A DNA stretch of 64,000 nucleotides from the NCBI RefSeq assembly GCF_006345805.1, contig NC_042997.1, forward strand, positions 181,660,001-181,724,000. Direction: 5' to 3'. The notes beneath the pieces were generated by a model. It saw only the letters and a list, made by a program, of their open reading frames with translations. It did not search any database and was not told where the DNA came from. Origin of the DNA: Octopus sinensis. Its lineage: Eukaryota. The position numbers and the translations under genes were made by a program. How positions within the stretch are numbered: the stretch's first letter is position 1; every line of letters begins with the position of its first letter. Shown piece after piece: positions 54,102 to 64,000 of this stretch.

Positions 54102-54132
<31 letters not shown>

Positions 54133-54136
54133 CAAC

Positions 54137-54193
<57 letters not shown>

Positions 54194-54260
54194 TATGATA
54201 ACAATGGCAGTTTTCTTTTTTTGCTTCTATATCTTCTGGAGGAGTTACCTCAATCATATA

Positions 54261-54297
<37 letters not shown>

Positions 54298-54386
54298 TAA
54301 TAATAATAATAATAATAACAATAATAATAATAATAACAACAACAACAATAATAATAATACTAATTATAATAATAATAATGATGAGG

Positions 54387-54424
<38 letters not shown>

Positions 54425-54452
54425 TATTATTATTATTATTATTATTATTATT

Positions 54453-54655
54453 GTTCAGTAGTTTTATTTTTATAGCGTGCTTTCACTTCACTACCGAGCG
54501 CAGCTCTGTGTGCCTTGGGTATGTGCTGTGATTTGTTGTGATGCTCTGATGGTTATTGTATGGAAAGTGTTCTGCGTAGGATGTGTGCAGTGCCTAGTAG
54601 TGCAATTTTCTGTATGTTATATGTGTTTGTAAGTCCTGGTGTTTTTGTTATGTAT
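54453..54655 (-). mobile_element. R4/Dong-like retrotransposon 3' end in (TAA)n
   Basis: Near-identical to 2267-2445; (TTA)n at 54423-54452. Confidence 0.85.
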
Positions 54656-56038
54656 TTGTGTATGTATTTATGTATGTATGTATGTATGTATGTATGTATG
54701 TATGTATGTATGTATGTATGTATGTATGTATTATTATTATTATTATGATAATCACTATCATGTATGTGATGGGTATTATCTAATGTAATGAAACAAAGAA
54801 AATCGTAACACCTTTCAAATCCTTTTAGTTCTCTCTTTTTCTATCGTGTCCTCTACTTTCGCTTTTTATATAACTATTTAAGACCCTCCAGACAGCACAT
54901 TCGATGTACTTGTTTCGCCTTGCATTCATTGCCGCGACCAAAAATCACGTAAAACTGAGTACCTCTTCACTTAGAAAGTAGCTTGTTAGAAATTATTCTT
55001 CGCTGATATTAGTGAAAAGCAGCTGTCAGTGAGTGGCAACGTTATTTCATTGATCAAGAGGCTCTTGAACAATATGATAAATGTTAGAGATATTTGATAC
55101 CACTGCAGAGAAGAGAAATTACGGTGTACAATTTAGAATAATGTAGAGTTTGTACATATGTAGTTTCTTTCACTAAAGTGGTAAATTTTTTAATGTGTAA
55201 GTAATTGAGGAAATTCGTAAACGTATAAAGAAGAGTTACAACCACAGCCGACTATTTCGGTACTACAACCGTTTGTAGATTCTGCACTCTGTATATTGTC
55301 GCCCTGCTGTTGCCATGCCCAAAACTCTTAACTGCAGCTAATTTATCCACCTTTCAGTGAATATAAATTTTCATATGTTATTTCTTACTGCAAAGTACTG
55401 TGTAATCAGCTGCGAATATTTCATCATTAAAAGAGTTTTGCATAACCAGATTTGTCTAATCCCAAAATATTTCTATAAATGCCACGTGATAAGAAGGTAA
55501 TAACGATCAGTTTGACTTTATCTCAAGTATACTACACAAATACAAGATAGTCTTCATATAGGGTCACTATTTCTTAATGAGTCGTATATTTTATTACATA
55601 CTGTAATTTGTTAACAACAGTACCTTTTGCTACAGGTTCTCAACGAGCCAATATCTGCTTCATTTTACTTTCGACTGTGAGAGTAAAAATGAATTGCCTG
55701 TAACACAGTGAATTTCGCGAATGCTTATATCCATCAGATATCTGAAAAGTCTTCTGAAATAATCAGACTGCAAATTTTCGCAACTGATGCAACCAGGGGT
55801 ACCCAGTTAATTCCGATTCAGGCTGACCTAATAAATTATTTACTTTTAATTCTGTTACACATTCTCCTATTCGTTGCAACTATCTTATATATATATATAT
55901 CCGAGTTTGTATGATTGCATATAGAAGAATATATTATTCAATGAAATTCCAACCTAGTCTGATTTTAACGTTTTATTATTTATAATTAAAACTAGTACTT
56001 TCATGCGTTGACCACTATCAATTGTGGAACACGACTGT

Positions 56039-56084
<46 letters not shown>

Positions 56085-56094
56085 GCTGCTGCAT

Positions 56095-56132
56095 AAACCT
56101 GATGATTGCGTAACGCATGAAAGTACTAGTTT
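56095..56132 (+). ncRNA. Minimal type I hammerhead ribozyme motif
   Basis: AAAC CUGAUGA u UGCG-uaa-CGCA u GAA AGUACU A^ GUUU; palindromic stem III, CUA site. A truncated inverted copy lies at ~55951-56009. Confidence 0.8.
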
Positions 56133-56268
56133 TATCACAATAAATATATAATATTCTACTATTATAATATAAGATTGTAAATAATAAAACGTGAAAATCG
56201 GACTAGGTTAGAATTTCATTGATTAATATGTGTGTGTGTGAGAGAATGAATATTTATATGTATGTATT

Positions 56269-56334
<66 letters not shown>

Positions 56335-56748
56335 TGGGATTCAGAACACTTTCTGTTTTCCTAGTTCCATTCACAAAAGTAGCTGAAACTATTGTATGAG
56401 ACATTTGCCCAAGGTACTGGGCAATGGTTTCGAACGCTGAACTATATTAAAATGTAACTAAGCCATTAGCTACAGAGTAATTCTAGCACCCATCTATATA
56501 GATGGGTTATAAAATTTCAGTGAGCAAACACACATGCACATAAGCTATTTTTCAATGATATTTCTTTTTCTGAAGCAATATTTGAAACATCCTTAGCTGC
56601 CGCATGCAACATGGTTGAAAAGATTAAGTGCTGAGATGTATACTCGGAATCATGAATGATTGATATACGAATTTCATGAATTCGTGGTTTGTTCTGTCTT
56701 TAGTCAAAATATTTGACACCATTTTCGTCATGTTAGTCAACAGGAAAA

Positions 56749-57392
56749 TATGAGGGGAAGTGAAAAGTTATCTGCACTTTCGCTATAACATATCTTTATT
56801 ATTGTTACACTGCCTTCTACGCATGCGTGCTTATAGTTGGTATTATTGTGGTCACGTAATTGAAATTTAAGCCTGATCACCCCATTTTTCTTTCTGTCTT
56901 TGCAGTGTAAGCATAGCCTCTCCACTAGTAATGCTCACCAAAGAAGAACAAAGATTAGTGATCCGATTTCTCTGATTGAAAGGTGTGTCTGGTGCTGAAA
57001 TTCATCAGAGGCTTTTAGAACAATACGGAAATAGTGTACTGCCACTTAGAAGTGTGTATGAGTGGATCGAGAGCTTTAAAAGTGGCCCGACAAGCATGAC
57101 GCACGAGGAGAGAGCAGGACGCTCGTCAACCTCCACCAATGACGAGAAGATTCAGGAGATGATACTGGTGAACCGGTTCACCATTACCATCTCTCGGATC
57201 ATTGCTGTTTGTTAATCTTTAGTGCACATTGCTAGTGTAAAGCCAGAAAGAAAAAATGACGCAATCAGGCTTAAATTTCGGTCACGTGACCACAATAGTA
57301 CCAACTATAAGCGTGCATGAGCAGAAGGCAGTGTGATAATAATAAAAATATGATGTGGCGAAAGTGTGGATAATTTTGAACTTCCCCTCATA
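56749..57392 (+). mobile_element. Mariner-derived foldback element with ~170-bp inverted repeats
   Basis: 56749-~56915 pairs with ~57225-57392; the centre encodes a mariner HTH (GAEIHQRLLEQYG..V...RSVYEWIESFKSG.TS..HEERAGR). Confidence 0.85.
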
Positions 57393-57499
57393 TTTACTAT
57401 TAGCAAAATTTAATCCACAGTACACTCATGTATTATCTCGGAGTTTGGGCATTTGTTCTCTCTCATCTTGTTATTACATTAAACTTTATATTAAAAAAA

Positions 57500-58250
57500 T
57501 ATCTTCTCGACTTCAAGGAAAAAACTTCGATATCTTAATTTTGTACATAAGGAGAGAGACAAATAGCACATATGATATTCTCAGTGTTGGTCGTGGTAAA
57601 AATAAAAAGAATCGATTTTAAGAGAGAATCGATAGGGGTTGCCGATTCAAATCCCTGAAAGCTTCTTTCTTTACGCTGGAAACCTAAAATTCCTGGAGCA
57701 GAGGATTGCAGATTCAAATCTCCGAAATCTAAAATCTTCAAAGGATTATTTATTCGGGCCACTTCGAGATGAACTAGGACAAAAATGAAATATTCAAGAG
57801 TAAAACATATTTTGAGAGATGTGTGTAGTGAGAGATTGATTTTCGTTGATGCAGTTGGAAAGAAATGTGAAGTGTTGTTTCCAGTTGCTAAATCGATTGG
57901 ATACTTTACACTGTATAATTAATTTCATGTATAAGTATCGCCACTGCCAATTCGTCAGTTCGTGGTTTTGTCTGGAGGAAGGATGTAAAGTGAACGGAGT
58001 ACAATGTTCAAATTCCATATTTGACCTAGACTGAATGGATTAAGTTCAAGTGGAATAAGCGCAGTGTTATTATCGAATATTTTAGAAGATAGTAATTTTC
58101 TGAGCAGCATAATAACATGGTCAAATGACTGAACTTAAAGCGTTCGTCGAATGGATTTGACAACGGCAGAGTAGTTAGTTAAAATTGGCGGGCAACGTTA
58201 AGAATATAGGGTGAGTTGTACGACAAGGAACCATTTTCAAGTTATTATGT
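57500..58250 (+). pseudogene. Possible highly decayed LINE (L1/Tx1-like) ORF2 remnant
   Basis: A stop-riddled single frame with weak by-eye resemblance (SVRGFVWRK, EWIK) to post-RT regions. Confidence 0.25.
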
Positions 58251-58405
58251 TGAAATATTGGGATAGTACTTACTGCTGCATAATATGTTTCTAGGGAAGT
58301 GACTAAGATGTACTGTGAAGGTTTGATAGCGAGATATGTATTTATAACGTGGAAGCACCCTGAATTATTAGTCAGTTGTCATACATACATGCATACATAC
58401 ATACA

Positions 58406-58818
58406 TAGAAGAAAAATACGTACTGTCATAGAAGTCAGCTGTCCTGGTGATGTGAATATTTCTTTGAAAATCAAAGAGAAAGATGATTGTGGACAATTAC
58501 TTCGAAACCTCCATCTTCTTTATTCGGGTTACAAATTTACGTTTATACCAATAATAAATGGAACACTTGGTTTTGTAAGTAAATGCCTAACTGTCAGTCT
58601 GGATAAGCTTTTGTTTTCAGAAAAAGAAATCAACCAACTGATTCGCACATTGCAAATACAATCTGTAAGCAGAACAATAAAACTATGCAAGACTTTTCTC
58701 AGTTTTAAAATGTGACATTATTTTTGTTATTTACATTCCAAAGATGGAGCTTTGTATCATTGTTAGAAACCAGCTTCTTCAGAGCAAAAATTTAAATGAT
58801 TAAATACAGAAGAGACAA
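58406..58818 (+). mobile_element. 5'-truncated RLE-type non-LTR retrotransposon (second family) in (TACA)n
   Basis: VIEVSCPGDVNISLKIKEK.D.CGQLLRNL..LY.GYKFTFIPII.GTLG is RLE-like; (TACA)n at ~58380-58405 and 58819-58898. Confidence 0.75.
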
Positions 58819-59815
58819 TCATACATACATACATACATACATACATACATACATACATACATACATACATACATACATACATACATACATACATACATCT
58901 AATTGAGAAGGTGTGTATATATATATATTTTTTTACTGGCTTCGCCCTAGTTCATCTCTGCCGTCTGGCCTCAGTGTTAATTATAGCTGCACAAACTAAG
59001 CATCCATTTTTTCTTACGCATTTTACATACAATACCAAAACCACATTATCTATTGTAGCCTTCTTTTTGAAAATGATGAGATGTAATTTAAGGAAGAATT
59101 CTCTACTATTTCCAACAAGTAAAGCAGCGGAGTAGAACCTTCTGCCACGATGGTTCGTTTCATGTTTGTAAATCCGGCTTGTTATCATGATGGAATTCTC
59201 TAATCGCTGAGCAAATTAAATGATATCACTTTAAGTATAACATAAAACATTTAATCATTGAAAATTGTCGCTATTTTAATCGACGTTTTACGAGCTAATG
59301 AAAATGTCTTTCATCATATTTTCTTTAATGATATGCTTAATGCAATTCAAAAAATTCAAGGGCTGTTCCAATATTTTTGGAAGTGCAATACATTTTCTCA
59401 TGTTCTAATTTAGCCGTTGATTGCTTCTGAATGCACAAACCCGTAATCAAAGGCATACTAGCCTTGACGATGTCGACTTCTTTCACTCAATAAATCATGC
59501 ATTCGGGACTATTTATCTAATATGATTTTTAAAAACTTTACTGGAATGATGTGAGGGAACTTTGTAGGTCAACCAACTACGCAGATGCTCAGTTGCTGCT
59601 CCTGTAAGTTATTTTGTATCTATGCAATCGATTCCACCACCATTTTTGGTATGGTCAATACTGAAGTTATGTTCCTTTGTAGCTGCTTCTATCTCACCGA
59701 GCTTTGTTTTGAATCCATCGATTATAACCGAAGAAAATAGCTAAATTGCATCATCAAATACTGGTTGCTCTCGTTGCTAATTTTCAAGGTTTACTTTTAC
59801 CGCATTGGTCTAGAT

Positions 59816-60074
59816 CAGCGATTCTCTACCATTTCTTTTACTGGTGGACCCCCTTTGGTTCATATTTTGCTCGGCTGGACCCTCATAGCCATTGAATATT
59901 TAAAAAATCTTATTATATGTTTATAATTAAATATTATTAAGAATTGTACAAGAAAGATTGTTAAAATATTTTGTACATTAAAGAAGTTATAACCAATGTA
60001 TTGCACATAAATGTTAACAATAAAATCTTATGTGGACCTACAAGGGTCATACAGACCCTATTTGAGAACTACTG
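59816..60074. mobile_element. hAT (Charlie/Buster-type) MITE
   Basis: 8-bp TSD GTCTAGAT at 59808-59815 and 60075-60082; imperfect CAG...CTG TIRs. Confidence 0.88.
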
Positions 60075-60184
60075 GTCTAGATGTAGGGGTTGGACTTCTG
60101 GCCTTGGTTCGCTCTTCGAGGTCAGAGAGACTCCTTCGGTTATTGTTTTTGTATTGTTTTAGTGTTTCCTAGCGTGGGTTGTTT

Positions 60185-60470
60185 GTTCCTTCTCAAGCCA
60201 TGCCTGGCTTATAGGGCCGGTTTCCTGGTTTCCTTGTCGTATAGGTTCCACACCTGGACGGGATGCCGGTCCGTCGCAGGTAAACTGCAAGATGCAGGAG
60301 GAAAGAGTGAGAGAAAGTTGTGGCGAAAGAGTCAGCAGAAGTTCGCCATTACCTCTGCCGGAACCGCGTGGAGCTTAGGTGTTTTGCTCATAAACACACA
60401 CATCACCCGGTCTGAGATTCGAACCCGCGATTCCGAATTCGCCGCTCTAAACACTAGGCCATGTGCCTCC
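60185..60470 (-). mobile_element. SINE (head3 + body2 + tail Y)
   Basis: Matches 23915-24168. Confidence 0.8.
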
Positions 60471-60879
60471 ATCCTAGCGTGGGTACCACTAGTTAATGTA
60501 TTTTTTAATAGCTAAAATGTATTGCATTAAAAAAATAGGATTCATTTTCTTCATCATAAGTTAGGCGATGTCTAGTGTTGTCTTCAGTTAAATGTACGTA
60601 CCACAACGGATAAGATTTCCAACTGTGCGGGGCTGGTGGTAATAAAGTACGTACAGCAAGCCGGAGATCATAAAGTGTTGCCTTCAGTCGCAGGCATGTG
60701 CTTCGACAGGGCACCGACTTCATCAGTTCACTATGAAATGATTGTATTGGCATCGTTTTGTTTCGGGTTGCAACTTATATCTTTGTAACTTAGGTAAATC
60801 ATTTTTTAAATGCATTTTAATACAGACTTTTCTTAATAGGTATTCAAGTTTCTACAAATTCTATTATGTAATTGATTGA

Positions 60880-63095
60880 TAGTTAAAATATGGCTCGTTA
60901 AAGAAAACTGGAGTTGCTCATAATGAGAAACTAGAGGAAACGCAACATGTATAGAAGACAGAGAAATTTCAGAAAAGAACCCCAGTGTTTTCCGATTCTG
61001 TGCAGATATTTATGGAAAATCCTAAATATGATACTAATTACTTGTCATTGTTTTTTTTTTAATATTGGTTATAAAGGAACTCTTGGCGTAAGAAAATATT
61101 TGCAAAGAGTTCTGTAGCATCTGAAAAGTTACAGTGGTATTTAGAAACAACTTCCAAATTTCTTTCCTTTTTAAAGAAAATGTGTAAATCATAATTCCAA
61201 AAGCTTCATATTTACAAAATTTAAAAGAAATAACGAAAATATGACAAATATGAAGCATATTGCCACATTGTTCTTGCTAGCGAAACGCTTATTGGTGAAT
61301 CGCTTATTAAACTTTATATAAAAGATACCGTCTCGCGTATACTTGTTGCAATTTCTCTTAAAGAATCGAATCTCTGTCTCTTACCAACACTTCAGTAACA
61401 AGGCTTGTTTATGGTACTGCTGATGATATTAATCTGGAATTTATCTCATGATTATGTACGCAAAACTTACGAATTACATAGAAGATGCTACAATTTTATT
61501 TCTTTTTGTTCGATAAGACGTTAAGACAAAAATTTTGAAAATTTACTTGCATGTGAAGTTTGTAAATACACATCACTGGAAATAACAAAGGTAATTGCAT
61601 GGATAATTTTATGAAACATACAAGATACATCGAGATAAATATATTGTTGACAGGAAAAATGATTAGCGCTGTAACATTATAAGAGAGTATTACCAAAAAA
61701 AAAAAAAAGTAGCAGTAATCATTTTAATCTTTACAGATAGGAATAGTAAAAAAAAATGGTTACAATATAATCAGTTTCAGACGAAACTGCTGATTATCAA
61801 TTTTATTATTTCTCAGTCATTGCATTAGCGATTTTATTTAAGCCTTCAATGAAGATATGGTTAGTTTTCACAAAACTTTGCTTTTACATACAGAAGCTAT
61901 ATGTTTATCATGAAATGGTATTCATGTGAGAATGTATGAATTGCGGAAAGAACTGTTGGCAAAATTTATCGATCATAAATTTCGATTATCTAAAGAGACT
62001 AACAAATACAATTTGGGCTATCAATAGCATATTTAGCCAATATTTTTATAAAATGGAATGAATCCGATTTATCTTTGCAAGGGAAAGAAGTAACTGCTTT
62101 TCAGTCCAAAGATAAGATGTTAACGTTATCACGTAAATTGCAATACTGGGTCTCAGCTGCGAAATAAAATACTTTGACAAATTTCAAATATTTAGCGACT
62201 TCCGACAAGAATCTGAACTGGATTTAGATTTTAAAATCCGCTATGATATTACAAATCCCCTCTTAGAATCACGAACTGAATATTTAACAAATCTGAAGAA
62301 CCAAGATAACTATTGGATAGAAAGAAAATCCATTCAAATTCAAAGGAGAACTATCAGAATTTCTGGTAGTGGGTTATAAAAATTCGATGTAAGTTTATTC
62401 ATATCCTCAGTAAAAAATAAAAAAGTTCCGGTAGCAATTTTCTGGTGCCATATATTTGACGAATATCTAGAACTATCAAAACTGGCTACTTGAGTTTTCT
62501 TACCAGTGTGTAAAAATGGCTTTTCGAAATATTAGCAGAAATATAAACCGGAAGCTGTTTCACTCATACCGATTGAAAAAGCAATATTAAATCAAAGTAA
62601 GGTGGCGGACCGGCAGAATCGTACGTACTCCGGGCGAAATGCATATCGTCCATAGTTAGCTTCTTAGTTTAAATTCCACCGAGATCGACATTACCTTTTA
62701 TCCTTTCGAGGTCGATAAAATAAGTGCCAGTTGAAGACTGAAGTCGATGTGACGAACTTACCCACTTCCCCGAAATTGCTGGCCTTGTGCCAAAATTTGA
62801 AACCAATAATAAATCAAAGTTTTAGAGGAGACCAGAATCCCAAATGATATAACTTTCTTTACATTAATACATATTTAATATTATCTATTTCATACCTATT
62901 ACATTCTATTTACAAATGAAAACATGTTTTAAAATTTTATTTTAGTGTCTCTTCATACAAGTAAATTTTACCTTTGAATTTTAATTATTTATTCATTAAA
63001 CGTCTTAAGGTAGCAAGGTTTATTTGCAAAATGTTGTAATTGTTTTAGTGAAAAATCGTATATGCGGGACAAAAGTTTGAGTTTGATAACCACTG
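60880..63095 (+). mobile_element. Degenerate hAT Buster/Charlie transposon
   Basis: Broken frames resembling Buster motifs (ETLIGESLIK..KDTVS..L; AYLANIF.KWNE.DLSLQGKEVTAFQSKDKM..L.RKLQYW); 3' terminus ...aaccactg followed by ctctggat. Confidence 0.6.
62599..62809 (+). mobile_element. SINE group C variant nested in the hAT remnant
   Basis: 11-bp TSD TAAATCAAAGT at 62588-62598 and 62810-62820. Confidence 0.85.
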
Positions 63096-63142
63096 CTCTG
63101 GATAACCTCAATGAACTCATGGTCGTTAATCATATATATATA

Positions 63143-63530
63143 TTAGCTTATTAGCCGCCCCAGAGGGCGACTTATAAGCTAGCTCATGTGGAGGGCTCTT
63201 CACTGGGCCTTGGGCCCGGCAATGACACTTTTAAATTTTATTAAACTTGAACAATATTTTTCAAGCAATGAACAATTTTCATCAAAGCAATGATATAATT
63301 TGTCGACTTGGAATTTATTGCAAAGCTGTATGATAAACTTTTCTTGTGTTACCATTCGGGCTCAGTACAAATAGTTTGTTTCCATTTCCTACCCTTGAAC
63401 AAGAAACATATATCTGGCCGTAGGCAAAAATAAACATATCTTTTAAAAGTTCATCGATAATTCTTCTGCCGCCACTTAATTTAAAGACAGTTTGATGTAT
63501 GTAGGGTCTTCCTTTTCGTACAGACAATTA
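63143..63530 (-). mobile_element. Helitron 3' end (PIF1 helicase C-terminus, hairpin, CTRR)
   Basis: FAYGQIYVSCSRVGNGNKLFVLSPNGNTRKVYHTALQ matches the Helitron helicase end (FSHGQLYVACSRV...); GC hairpin at 63154-63171 followed by CTAA. May extend to the window end (long hairpin at ~63722-63781). Confidence 0.8.
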
Positions 63531-64000
63531 TTTGTAGTAGCTGCTACGTATCTAAACTCCTGTTTGTAGTTTGAAGGAAAATTACACTACTGTTACTAAA
63601 CACTATTTTAAAGTGCGATTTTTATGGTTTGAAATTTCACTAAACGTATTTGACCATCAAGACGTTTGAAATTTAGTAGCTTTAGTATTTATTAAGGTAA
63701 TAATAAAATTGGTCGATTCTATTTTCATGCAGTCGGAGTGCACTAAGTTTCGATAGCTCCGACGACCGACGGCATGAAAATAGGTCCGACAAGTTTTATT
63801 GATATCCGAAAAATTAATAAGCTTCCAACATTTTTATGATAGTGAGTTATGAGAGGTAATATTGTATGAGGGAATGAGTTCAATACGTATTTCAGTTCCG
63901 AACGTTACGAAGCCCGTGTTATAGTTAAATTACTTGATACGGTTATAATATTTAGAGAAAGATTTTTTTTAAATGTCTATTTGGGAAATTACTTTTGGAA

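Noticed and set aside
57535-57762. LKILDFG kinase-like motif
   Set aside because: No HRD/catalytic loop at the right spacing, no APE motif and no splice support; likely chance.
58950-59800. Possible MULE/FLYWCH-like decayed ORF (minus strand)
   Set aside because: One weak motif amid many stops.
60690-60735. CUGAUGA...GAAG hammerhead-like word (minus strand)
   Set aside because: GAAA is absent and stems I and II do not pair.

Overview
AT-rich, microsatellite-saturated animal genomic DNA, most likely coleoid cephalopod (Octopus-like; inferred from the tRNA-headed/CORE SINE families and SSR density, not from a database search). I cannot support any intact host protein-coding gene: most listed ORFs are translations of simple repeats. 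The window is a mosaic of degraded mobile elements: about 35 SINE copies in three modular groups, four mariner derivatives, a hAT (Buster/Charlie) remnant and MITE, a Helitron 3' end, CR1 and RTE LINE 3' ends, four 5'-truncated RLE-type (R4/Dong-like) retrotransposon ends sitting in microsatellites, and an internally deleted Penelope-like element (PLE). The most striking signal, found by manual base-pairing, is a dense population of hammerhead ribozyme (HHR) motifs: about 13 copies from roughly 8 sequence families. They occur in PLE pLTRs, a perfect 80-bp palindrome, a retrozyme-like direct-repeat element, short microsatellite-embedded elements with variant cores, and inside a TTAA-flanked foldback MITE. 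All ribozyme activity is predicted, not demonstrated. Coordinates of degraded elements are approximate.
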